Positions 1-11,478 of a DNA stretch of 64,000 nt are shown here, piece by piece. Below the pieces are notes generated by a model that saw only the letters and a program-made list of their open reading frames with translations, had not been told where the DNA came from and did no database searches. The DNA comes from Selaginella moellendorffii. Lineage: Eukaryota; Plantae; Lycopodiophyta. Made by a program: the position numbers and the translations under genes. The DNA is taken from NCBI RefSeq assembly GCF_000143415.4, contig NW_003314390.1, forward strand, positions 148,973 to 212,972, read 5' to 3'. The first letter of the stretch is position 1. Every line of letters begins with the position of its first letter.

Positions 1-1515
1 CGTCCGTAGATGCATATACGGAGGTTGGGTTCGAGTCCCGACCCTCTAGTGCTTGGGTTCGAGTCCCAAATCACTAGGGCGTGGTGATGGTTTGGAATAT
101 GAGGACACTCATATTTCGGTGGTCATGGACTCTCAGTGGGGAGACTGGTTTGGGCACACCGCCAAGCGAGGGATGCCTCGGAGTCGTGATGCACGGTTAG
201 ATTGCTTAGTGTGAAAGCTCAGCATATCTAACTTGAACACTTTGGTGCAAGTGGCACAAAGGTCGTGGTGAGTGAGATGGGGACACCTAATCTCAGTTGC
301 TATGAACTCTTGGCCGTAAGGGCTAGCTTGGGTGCACCGCCAAGTGTGGGGGATGCCCCCGGGGTTATAGTCAACAACTTGGAGGTCTAGAAAACCAAGT
401 ACCTCTTGGCAACTCTGTTAAGGTGCCAAGGTGAGATCACTAGGTGATCTTATGGCCAGAAAAGGACAAGGTCCTTGGTTGGCTAAGGGATGAAGTTCCT
501 GGTTCAAAATGTTGAAATTGAACTGTTTAAGGTGGTGTGGCTTGGTCGTGATAACCAAGTGGGAAGAGCACCTAAGGGAAATAAACTATGTCCGTGCGAT
601 GGCATAGTGAGTCCGAGGAAAGTAGTCTCTATAAAAGACCCATGGGAGGGTCACGAAGTTGGGCCGTGGATAGAGCCCATAGCAGAAGATGCTAAAGAGA
701 CGTACTAGGGGTGAACATCCTCCGGACTTGGCAAAGAAGAGTCTTTGCTATGGAACTGAAACAATACCTCAAGGAGGGAGGTAGAGATTCGATGTTGCTT
801 GGTGCAACAATCAACGGATAGGAGCAAAAGATGAATGGCCAAGATAGGGCCGTGGAATCCCTTGGAAGGAATCCAAGTGACAAAGTTAGGCGAGGAACAC
901 TAATGTGTTGGACGCTAACAAGTTGCGGGAAAGTGTGTTGCGGGAAAGTGTGTTTCCAAGGAGGGATTCCGAATTGCTCCGATTTGGCAAAAGTTAACTG
1001 GAACTTTGGCACGAAATAGAAGAGAGGATGATAATGCCCTCGAGTAGAGAACTTCTTAGGATGGGAAGTGGAGTTGCACAAAAGGTGCAAGGCAAGGTGT
1101 CGGAGACACCTAGGAAATTGACTCCAAGAAGTCAAAATTCAAAGTTCCAAAGTGCAAAGGTTATATCGATGGAAATTGAGACTACTCGAGAAGGAGTAGT
1201 GGGATTGACTTAGAGAAGGGTTTCTAAGAGGTTTAGTGAGAACTAAACCAATAAAAGGAGAGAACCACTCCTTGTGGTCCAATCAGTCTCTAAGTTGGGG
1301 AGACTACCCTCCTTAGAGGATAGGCAAGGCATGGTGAGCCTTTGGTGTCAAACCATTGAGGCATATGCAAAAGGCATGGTGAGCCTTCAATGTCAAACCA
1401 TTGACAAATATTGGCTAGGTGCCAAGGATGGAAATGGTAACACATACGAGTGTTACTTTACAAAATGGTTTACCGTTCGATGAGGACATCGAACTTCGTC
1501 TATGGGTGGTGGAGT
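1..1515 (+). mobile_element. 3' internal region of an LTR retrotransposon (degenerate, no recognisable intact domain)
   Basis: Ends in a purine-rich tract (GGGTGGTGGAGT, about 1504-1515) immediately before an LTR starting TGT, as expected of a PPT; only short broken ORFs. Confidence 0.55.
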
Positions 1516-3271
1516 TGTGAGACACAAAATCCCTAGGCCCCAAAGTGGAGCCGGAAGGGCGCCACATGGTAGTGGCCGAAGTGAGAGCCAAACGAGCGTA
1601 ACACGTTTGGACCAAAAGCTCCGACTTGAAAAGTCAAGAGCGGGAGTGGAACTCCCAACGAAGTGCCCGAGGAACGAGCACGAAGCGAGCAAAAGGTGAG
1701 GCTCCAAAAAGGGACCCAAAAGGACCAACACATGACACGTGGGAGTGTCCGAGATGGACTCGAGTTGGAGTCCGAAGTGGAGTCCGAGATGGACCCGAGT
1801 TGGAGTCCGAAGTGGAGTCCGAGGTGGACCCGAGATGGACCCGAGTTGGAGTCCGAAGTGGAGTCCGAGATGGAGTCCGAGGTGGACCCGAGATGGACCC
1901 GAGTTGGAGTCCGAAGTGGAGTCCGAGATGGACCCGAGATGGAGTCCGAGATGGAGTCCGAGGTGGACCCGAGATGGACCCGAAATGGAGTCCGAGATGG
2001 AGTCCGAGATGGACCCGAGATGGAGTCCGAGATGGAGTCCGAGATGGACCCGAGATGGACCCGAGATGGAGTCCGAGATGGAGTCCGAGATGGAGTCCGA
2101 GATGGAGTCCGAAGTCGAGACCGAGACCGGGACCGAGACCGGGACCGAGACCGAGACTGAGACCGAGATCGGGACCGAGACCGAGACCGAGGCCGAGGCC
2201 GAGACCGAGCCCGAGCCTGAGTCCGAGTCCGAATCCGAGTCCGAGTCCGAGTCCGAGTCCGAGTCCGGAGCCTGAGAGGGTGAAAGCCCAAAGCGTTCGT
2301 CTCCAAGACCCTGGGGGGTTTGGTGAGCCCCAAAAGTATAGTAGGGGGAGGACTGCAGTGGAGCCAGTTTGGCCAGGAAAGGCCAGTTTGGCCCAGGAAG
2401 GCCAGACTCAGTGTTGGGTGATGAGCTGCCCACTGGGAAGTCCAAGACTAGAGTGAACACGGACCGACAAGCGGGGTAGCTTGGTGAAGTGTTCAAGAGC
2501 CGGCTCTAGTTCCCCCGGGAGATCGACTGGCCGATGCTCCCAGTCCAAGTGTGGGTGGCACTACCTACTTGGATACCTGGTGTGGCTCAATGGAACCTCG
2601 CTCTAAGCCCATGGCTAGAGCACCTAAAGGCGATAGGTGGGGAGAGTACCCAGGTGGCTCGCGTAAGGCCACGGTGTTCCGAAATGTTGTCCCAAAGGCC
2701 CAGACTGTGGAAAGGAAGAGGAGCAGTCCTCTGGGGTAGTGACCAAGGACACAGTCATGTGGTGAGGAAGTCCCAGAGGATCGTGGGACTTAGTGGTCGG
2801 GCCTGTGGGCCTCGATCCAGTGGCAGTGTTGGCAAACACGGCCAGGGGCAGAAAGGGACTTGGTAGGAACTGACAAAGGGACTATGAGGAAGGCAATTCC
2901 CCAGGTCTGTGGGCATCCTAAGGATGCTAAGGAGTGGATCCAGGATGACCACTCGTGGACACATGGCCCAGTCTTGGAGAGACGAGGTGGTGATGCAAGT
3001 GGTGTTGAACCACTAGTGCAGCAAAGGTGAATGGGCATGGCCTTAGCGTAACGGGCCGAGATGTCAGTGGTACCTTTGGGTGTCGGTCTCGGGACCGGAC
3101 ACGTGGGGCACTTGGACCAGGTGCAAGTGTGGAGTGGCATGGATGCCATTCTTGGGGCTAGCAAGTCCCAAGTCCTGAATTGGACTGATGGAGGTTGTGA
3201 ATGAGACTCCGCCAAGTAGTCGGAGGTGTGGTTAAGTGACTAAAGTAGAATGGAAAATTTAGTCGCTTACA
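1516..3271 (+). mobile_element. LTR (about 1.76 kb), probably the 3' LTR of the element upstream
   Basis: TGTGAGAC...CGCTTACA termini; closely similar inverted copy at 3805-5574; preceded by PPT-like tract. Confidence 0.8.
1745..2270. repeat. Compound minisatellite inside LTR (GGAGTCCGAGAT/GGACCCGAGAT 11-12-mers grading to CCGAGA/CCGAGT 6-mers)
   Basis: Directly visible tandem units; explains the overlapping low-complexity ORFs. Confidence 0.95.
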
Positions 3272-3436
3272 CAAGAAAGGCCAATATGACCAAGGAAAGC
3301 TATACCCACATGATGGGTGATGATATAACCATTAAGGAATCTAAAGGTAGGGTAAACACACATAGACAAGTGGGGTAATTTGGTGAAGTGTTTAAGAGTT
3401 GGCTTTAGCTTCCTTGGGAGATTGAATGGCCGATAC

Positions 3437-3755
3437 TGTAATGCACCTTATCTTTCTCCCCTTAAGCCAACTGGAAAAGGGGCAATTGCTTGATGAGAGA
3501 GCCCTTAGTGGCTATTTTATCCCCATTTATCCCCCAAGGTTCCAAAGATCCACAGTGATAGTATATCTAAATCTTATCCCATAATTACATGCGCTACACT
3601 ACTGTAGCGCATCTTATCTCTTTCCCCTTAAGCCAACTGGAAAAGGGGCAATTGCTTGATGAAAGAGCCCTTAGTGGCTATTTTTTCCCCATTTATCCCC
3701 CAGGATCCACGGTGACAGTATATTCAAATCTCATCCCATGATCACATGCGCTACA
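3437..3755. mobile_element. Two tandem short LTR-like units (3437-3598, 3603-3755) with a 5-bp TSD
   Basis: Each unit is TGTA...TACA; the second has a perfect 10-bp terminal inverted repeat TGTAGCGCAT/ATGCGCTACA; 4-bp spacer CTAC; GATAC duplicated at 3432-3436 and 3756-3760. Confidence 0.8.
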
Positions 3756-3804
3756 GATACTCCCAATCCAAGTGGAGGTGGCACTACATACTTGGATACC
3801 TAGT

Positions 3805-5574
3805 TGTAAGCGACTAATTTTTCCATTCTACTTTAGTCACTTAACCACACCTCTGACCACTTGGAGGAGTCTCATTCACAACCTCCATAAGTCCAATTCA
3901 GGACTTGGGACTTGCTATCCCCAAGAATGGCATCCATGCCACTCAACACTTGCACCTGGTCCAAGTGCTCCACGTGTCCGGTCCCAAGACCGACATCCAA
4001 AGGTACCACTGACATATCGGCCCGTTACGCTAAGGCCATGCCCATTCACCTTTGCCGCACTAGTGGTCCAATACCACTTGCATCACAATCCCGTCTCTCC
4101 AAGATTGGGTCATCCGTCCACGAGTGGTCATCCTAGATCCACTCCTTAGCATCCTTAGGATGCCCACAGACCTGGGGAATAGCCTTCCCCAAAGTCCCTT
4201 TGTCAGTTCCTACCAAGTCCCTTTTCTGCCCATGGCTATGTTCACCAACACTGCCACTCGATCCAGGCCCACAGGCCTGTCCACTAAGTCCCACGGTCCT
4301 CTGGGACTTCCTCACCACACGACTATGTCCTTGGTCACTACCTCATAGGACTGCTCCTCTTCCTTTCCACAGTCTAGGCCTTTGGGAACACATTTTGGAA
4401 CACCGTGGCCTTACGCGAGCCACCTGGGTACTCTCCCCGCCTTTCGCCTTTAGGTGCTCTAGCCATGGGCTTAGAGCGAGGTTCCGTTGAGCCACACCTG
4501 GTATCCAAGTAGGTAGTGCCACCCACACTTGGACTGGGAGCATCGGCCAGTCGATCTCCCGGGGGAACTAGAGCCGGCTCTTGAACACTTCACCTTTGTC
4601 GGTCCGTATTCACTCTAGTCTTGGACTTCCCAGTGGTCAGTTCATCACCCAACACTGGGTCTGGCCTTCCTGGGCCAAACTGGCCTTTCCTGGCCAAACT
4701 GGCTCCACTGCAGTCCTCCCCCTCACTATACTTTTGGAGCTCACCAAACCCCCCAGGGTTTGGGAGACGAACGCTTTGGGCTTTCACCCTCTCAGACTCG
4801 AACTCGGACTCGGACTCGGACTCGGACTCGGACTCGGACTCGGGCTCGGGCTCAGTCTCAGCCTTGGCCTCGTTCCCGGTCCCGGTCTCGGTCCCGGTCT
4901 CGGTCTCGGTCTCGGTCCCGGTCTCGGTCTCGACCTCGGACTCCATCTCGGGTCCTTCTCGGTCCATCTCGGACTCCATCTCGGACTCCGTCTCGGTCCA
5001 TCTCGGACTCCATCTCGGGTCCATCTCGAACTCTGTCTCGGTCCACCTCGGACTCCATCTCGGACTCCATCTCGGGTCCATCTCGGACTCCATCTCGGAC
5101 TCCATCTCGGATCCATCTCGGACTCCGTCTCGGTCCACCTCGGACTCCATCTCGGACTCCATCTCGGGTCCATCTCGGACTCCATCTCGGGTCCATCTCG
5201 GACTCCGTCTCGGTCCACCTCGGACTCCACTTCGGTCCACCTCGGACTCCATCTCGGACTCCACTTTGGACTCCATATCGGACTCCACTTCGGGTCCCTC
5301 TCGGACTCCAACTAGGGTCCGTCTTGGACTCCATCTCGGACACTTCCATGTGTCATGTGTTGGTCCTTTTTGGTTCCCTTTTTGGAGCCTTGCTTATTGC
5401 TCGCTTCGTGCTTGCTCCTTGAGCACTTTGTTGGGAGTTCCACTCCCGCTCTCGACCTTCCAAGTTAGAGCTTTTAGTCCAAACGTGTTACGCTCGTTTG
5501 GATTTTACTTCGGCCATTACCACGTGGCACCCTTTCCAGCTCCTCTTTGGGGCCTAGGGATTTTGTGTCTCACA
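3805..5574 (-). mobile_element. Solo LTR (about 1.77 kb)
   Basis: Reverse-complement copy of 1516-3271; TGT...ACA ends; perfect TSD CTAGT at 3800-3804 and 5575-5579. Confidence 0.9.
4795..5340. repeat. Compound minisatellite inside the solo LTR (reverse complement of 1745-2270 array)
   Basis: ACTCGG and ATCTCGGACTCC tandem units. Confidence 0.95.
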
Positions 5575-6781
5575 CTAGTGTGGCTTATTAGAACCTCGCT
5601 TTAGCCACATGGCTAGGGCACCCAAAGGTAGAAGGTGGGGAGAATACCCACGAGGCCTATGTAGGTCTATAGTGTTTCGAAATGTCATCTCCTAGACTGT
5701 GGAAAAAAAGAAAATCAATTCTCTTGTGTAGTATGACCAAAGATATAGTCACATTGTGAGGAAGTCCTAAATGTTAGTGGGACTTAGTGGTTGGGCCTTC
5801 AAGCCCTTACCCAATAGCAGTATTGGCAAATACAGCCATGGTAAAGAGGGATTTGGTTGGGATTGAAGTAAGGATATTGGGGAAAGGTGTTCCCCTTATC
5901 TCTAGGCATTCTAAGGATGCTAAGGTGTAGTCTAAGATGACCACTCATAAACAAATGGCTTAGTCTTTGAAAGATGGGACTATGGCATGGGTGGTCTTCT
6001 CTCTGTTTGATTTTATCTTATGTACAACCCAAAAAGAAGGGGGATTATTGTCATTTTTCACTATTGTTTCTTGTTCAACTTGCTCCACATGCACAGGGAC
6101 CTTGCTATGATTCCCTACCCTACACTAAGGCAAAATGATTTGTTAATTGTGTTGATTCATTTGTTTTTCTTAACTTTGCATATTGTGAACTGCATGCACT
6201 CACCCTTGATAACTCAGTGCAGATTCAATGCCAATCAGAACTAGTTTTCACAATGGATTGCTGGTCAATATGGTCAACATAACAGTCAAAATTCAAATAG
6301 CAGTAACAGCTGATGCTGATCTTGAAATTTTTTTCCTCTTAGATAATCTCTCAACTAACAAACTTGTCTAAATCAAAATACATTGAAGCTACCATACATT
6401 TATTATGGAATTGTTTTGCTTTGCTTATACAAAATGGGGCATGTAAACCAAATATGGATTTACTCTGAAAAAGACACAGCAACATTGACAATGACAACAC
6501 AGGAGCTTTGCATTGTTGTCTCCATCAACAATCTTTAGGGCAATTAAGAGAAAATGAAATAAGCATAGTGCGAGGACAATTTAGTGGTGGTGTGTTGCTT
6601 CACGAATGACCACTCGCTTGCGCTGTTCAGTAGAGGTGTTGTCTGCAAATCAAGGAAACATGGAAAAATATAATTCTTATGAATGATCAACTTATTTTTA
6701 ACACCAAAACTTCTTCATAAGCTAATACTAAAACCTCTGCAAGAGGTGAAATAGTTTGATGTCATTGGTTCTCCTAGTCGT

Positions 6782-7160
6782 TGTGAAACCAAGCAAGGGC
6801 CTTATAAAATAAGTAATTGCCCCTTTGTCCGATCCAGATAAGGTCACTCAACCAAGTTAAGTGTTATAACAATGAGTGAACGCGAAAGGGTTAAAAATAG
6901 TGCTTAAGTCAAATGTTACAACTTGGTATCAGAGTTAGACCCTAGTCCACAAAGGACTGTGGACCAATGGGTCTTTTCTGGGACACGTCTAACTGGAACC
7001 TAATCATCAAAGGACTGATAAAAGAATAATCTTGGAAGGTTCAATGTGGGGGTTATATAAAAAGTAGCAGGGTCGCTACCTACAGCAGAACCATGCACGT
7101 TTTTTGGTGGATAAAACACAAAACTGGGATCGAGGCCGGGTGCAAAGGTATGAGGGATTC
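6782..7160 (+). mobile_element. TRIM-like miniature LTR element (partly deleted)
   Basis: Short TGT...TACA repeat (6782-6920) followed by tRNA-Met PBS TGGTATCAGAG at 6924; short non-coding interior. Confidence 0.6.
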
Positions 7161-7169
7161 CTTTAGTCA

Positions 7170-9060
7170 CTAAATATAACGATCTACTAGAAATTTGACA
7201 ATTTTCTGTGCCTTAGGCATGACAAGGAAGTTAATGAATGTCAAAGTCATGTGGAGCAGGCTACATATAGCTTTCTAGTGTGAAACTGCCGATTGATGCC
7301 GATTCCTAAAGCATGAACTGGAACAAATCTTGAGAAAGATTGCCGAGAAAGAACCACTTCTGGTAACTCCATTCTGTTGTGGGGTGTACCTGAAACAAAA
7401 CTAGCACTGGATCCCTTCCCGTTCATAATAACAAAAGAATTCGTTAGACAAGTACCTGCCACCACTGTCGTAGTGAAGAACTTGAAGCCATAGACCTGTT
7501 GCCACCTCAACCTTTGTTTTGAAAAGCTAGAATATCTGCATGACTTCAGATGACGCATCAGCTTCACTTCCACCTTCCTTGTATATATGTTTCTGTGTGA
7601 ACGTAGCAACATGCACGGGTATCCAAATGAACCAGTGCTAACGCCTGTGTACAACAAATCTTGAGAAAGATTGCCGAGAAAGAACCACTTCTAGTAACAC
7701 TTGCCTTGATTGATGCCATAGTTGAAGAGAAACTGCCTCCTTGGCTGCTAAAGTGGCACTTGTTGGGATCATAGCTTATATAGCCCACCACATCTACTGC
7801 CATTGGCAACCTTCTCCTATCGCTGGTCCAGTAACTAACAGCTGCTGCGACTGAAGATCACCTGATAGCCCTTGTCTATGATATCACTGACAGACAACAG
7901 AATCTGGCTTATTCTTGGCACAAAATAGACCTCTGCAATCCTTCAGAGCTCCTCTGTAGGTAGTTGAACGATTAGGGAACCTTGGGCAGCCACTGGTATG
8001 GCTGCTTTGTTCACTGTTCAACTGGAGATAGAAAGTGAGGCATATCCAGCACTTCAATTTGAGGGGTCATGTGTAGTGTGGCTCTAGAATCCAGCCATAC
8101 TTCTGCTACTCTGCCTTGGAGATCTCTTGCGCCATTGTTGCGCTAGCTGTTGCTGCATTGAATGCTTGAGTGGGCAATCTCGAGCAAAATGTCCATGTTT
8201 TTCACAATGGTTGCAAATATTGCCACCTCCATAGCCGGTCATGTTGCACTTGCACAATATGATTTATTTATATGCCTTTTGTTGCTGCCTGTTATCTCCT
8301 CTTAAACAAGGAGGACGAGTTGATGGTTTCCTTTTCTCACCACTAGGGCTGTCGCTTGAGACCTCGAGGCCTTCCCATGATCGGAAAGCTTTTCCTTTAA
8401 GATTGCAGCCTGCATCTTCTGACAATCAATGTTATTCAGGGTAGTCCATAATGAATCAAACTTTGCATGCCCTCGTAGATAAATTTTTATAGAGATCTTT
8501 TTATAGCATTCAGGAGTAACGCTTGCATATCCACACCTGCTACAGTGTCACCCAGACTGGTGATTTGTGACCGCAGAGTTTTCATCCTGCCCAAAGATGT
8601 GGAGATAGGCTGTCCTGGAGAAAGCTTTAGGCCGAAGAACTCAATCTTCAAATCCACCTTCATCAATTGAGCACTCCCAACGTGTTGTGTAGTAGTGCCC
8701 AATTATCTGTTTCAGGCTTCTTGATATCTAGATGATGGTGAAAATCACGACCTAGCCCCATCCCCATTGATGACAAGGCTTTGCCATTTCGGAGTTCCCA
8801 CTCCAACGCTGCATCAGGATCTTATGGTTGTAGCTCTTTTCCTCTGATCAATGTCACACGGGTCACACGGGTCTCCTTGCTCCAATTGAAGAAGTCTCGC
8901 CCATCATAGATGGGGATTAGAATTGTTTTCATGGTGTTTAGGGACGATCTTGCTCACTTCACAGGTTTCTTGGGCCTAGATGCTCAAAGACACAGTGTCT
9001 CCTTTATGATCTTGTCAGCAACTCAACTAACATCTTTTGCATTTCTTTTGCTGCAATCCT
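7170..9060 (-). mobile_element. Ty1/copia remnant, copy A (more deleted)
   Basis: Homologous to parts of 14300-17289 but lacks the RT segment, PBS and LTR. Confidence 0.7.
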
Positions 9061-9463
9061 AGGTTGACCATGGCTATTGCTAGCTTGATCCTCTCCTCTT
9101 GAAGATCAAATCTTATAACTAGTTAGAAACAAAATAGCAAATCTTGAAGGATATCAAATCCATATTCCATCCATATGAGACGCGACATTACATCCAATGC
9201 ACAACCTGGAAACCCGGCAAGCAACAAGGCCTTTTTCGACCCCTTCTCGTTCATCAAGGTGGAAAAGCTAAGTCGGTGCCAGTTTTGCAGTTGAAATAGT
9301 TTAATGTGCTTCTCCGGGATTGAAAGCCACTGTTATTAGAAAACGAATTGGTTTACACACCGAATGTTAATACCTTTCAATTCTCCATCCAAGATTGAGG
9401 TCGGGAGCCCTAGTCGTCACACAAATTCTTCAAATTAAGAAAAGCTTACAAACCTTACACCGT

Positions 9464-10133
9464 TTATGCCAGCTCCAAGTACAGGCATAATCCGATGGAC
9501 GAGATGGAGGAGCTTGCATGAGTTCTCCTGCAACACCGAGAATTAATCATCAACAATAAGCTTTCCAGCAAAAGAAACAGGCTTTTACCCTGCACCGAGT
9601 CCAAGAACAAGCAAGAGAAGTTGAAATATCAAAGCAATTCTCCTGCAACACCTATTAAGCAAGCCTTCCAGCACAAGAAACAAGCTTACTTTGCACCGCA
9701 GCTGCTGAAAGAAGGATCTGCTGGGCCAGACCGAGCAGAGCGGAAAATCACGTAAGTTCTCCTGCATCAACGATTCATCGTCAACAATATGCTTCCAGCA
9801 CAAGAAATAAGCTTACCTTGCGAGTCCAGTAACAGGCGGGATCGGGACCAGATCCTGAGGTATCTCCTGCAATCAGCAACAAGATCGGTATGAAATGCGA
9901 TTTCGACTTGAAATCCCCCGGAAACACCATGGAAGAAGAACGACGCTCTATCGCTACCGTAATATGCAAGGAAATGCGGCGATCTGAGAGAGAAAGAAGC
10001 GCTAGCAAGCGGCCATCGATGCGTGGGAGGGAAATGATTCAAGAGGAGGAAATCGATCGATTACCTTGCCGGGAACTTCTGCCACTGGCTGCCGCTGCTG
10101 CTGCTGCCGCCGCTGCTTTCCATCCCGCATCAT
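9464..10133 (-). other. Putative spliced orphan gene or lncRNA built from tandem exon-intron units
   Basis: GT...AG introns at 10064-9867, 9816-9762, 9689-9643 and 9588-9528, the last three paralogous; spliced frame from ATG 10133 stays open for about 100 codons; TATA-like and GGCCCA motifs at 10236-10275. Confidence 0.4.
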
Positions 10134-10309
10134 GTCCACAAGCTCGATGCTCGTCGTCGCCGCTCGATCGTCGCCGCCGCGCAGGCGCATTGGCGCTGAG
10201 AAGAAGGCCCTAGCTTTCAGCCCGCCATTTCCCTCTATTTAAACAAGCCAGGCCTCTGGTACGGCTTGGGCCACATCTTCGTACGTGAGAAGTCCATTAC
10301 GGGCATTTG

Positions 10310-11320
10310 CTGAACAACACCCGTCCACGACACTCTATCTCTTTTCTGCATTGAATCCGGCACGAATTAATCTTTCGGCATCTGGATATGGCCCCAAATT
10401 CCCCCCAAAGAGTGTGTCAACCGAGGAGATCGCCCACCGGCATTGTACCAAAAGCATTCTTATCTTTATCAAAATGACCTTCTTGGGCATATGCTGCCCA
10501 TGGCACTTTGTCAAACAGCAGTTCCACAGCATCCAGCATGCTGCTAGATCCGAATGGTGCCAGCATTTCTCAGAGAGCACTACGTTCCAGGTGACCGCTG
10601 ACAAAAGGAACCCGGGCACTGCTGCTGGAGTCAAGAAGCTGGATACCTCCGGTGGCGCCTGCCGCATTTGCCATAGCTCAGGAGCAGCGAGATTGGTATC
10701 GTCACGCTGTCGATGATCTTGGCGGCGTTCTGCCATGTTCTTGGGTGATCACTCTTCGATCCAATCTTTGACAATCCAGCGAATGGAGAGAGCTCGAAAG
10801 GCGCTACAGGTAGTCTCTAGTGGTGGGATGGGACGCCCAAGGCCATGGAATTCGGCCAGCCAGATAGGGGACGTTGTTGTGTTTAAGCTCACTTTACGGA
10901 TTTCATACAAGAGATCATGCAGGATTCCGGGACACACGGCTCTGTCGTAAATCCTGGTCATGTGCAAGGACTCGAGCAGCTTTTTTTCTACCGGCCTTCT
11001 TTCCAAGTCCAAAATGGTGGAGCTTGTTTCGTGGGATGATCAGTTGCTGATCGTGACTGTGAGAGAAAAAAGGGGGAAGAATGCCCTTGGGTTTTTCGCG
11101 AGGACGAAGTTCGCCAAAAACACTTCCAATGCTGCCACCTTTACGAAGATCCAAGCTCTGTCTGCCGAGAAGAGGCTACTGGCAATCTTTCACGAGCGTC
11201 TTAGCCTCACGATCGAAAAGAGAGCTGCTTCTACAAGGTTCAAAGAATTGTTGCGTGCTCAAATGATGACCGATGACCGGGTTGAAGCTCAGAGTCTGCT
11301 TTGAGCTTACTTCACAAGCT
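10310..11320 (-). pseudogene. Decayed orphan coding-like sequence (paralogues at 18530-19520 and partly 19678-20478)
   Basis: Broken ORFs shared among three copies; no family recognised; strand uncertain. Confidence 0.3.
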
Positions 11321-11478
11321 TCCTGGTTTCTGAGCTCCAACAACTCCAAATTCTTTGGAAACTTTCTGTGTTGACAAATGCAATAAGAAATAGAGAATGA
11401 AAGACAATGCATTAACTTGTTTTTATTTTTAAACCACAAAGCAGAATCTTATTATATGTATACAATCCGTGGGCTCTG

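Larger units (their letters stand above)
3272..5990 (+). mobile_element. Older, AT-shifted copy of the same LTR family, interrupted by two insertions
   Basis: Segments 3272-3436, 3756-3804 and 5575-5990 align in order to about 2374-2990 of the young LTR (e.g. GGCACTACATACTTGGATACCTAGT|GTGGC vs GGCACTACCTACTTGGATACCTGGTGTGGC). Confidence 0.8.
5995..11320. repeat. Segmental duplication, copy A
   Basis: Collinear with 13111-19522 from CTTCTCTCTGTTTGA to GAGCTTACTTCACAAGCT, with many indels. Confidence 0.9.

Noticed and set aside
1745-2270. CRISPR-like regular repeat array
   Set aside because: No unique spacers, no cas genes, eukaryotic context.
1453-2496. SD-, RT- and WSPR-repeat ORFs resembling adhesins or SR proteins (also 4581-5604)
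   Set aside because: Artefacts of a stop-poor minisatellite inside LTRs; open in almost all frames.
1516-5574. DNA transposon with giant terminal inverted repeats
   Set aside because: The right arm has its own TSD on both sides, so the arms are independent LTR insertions.
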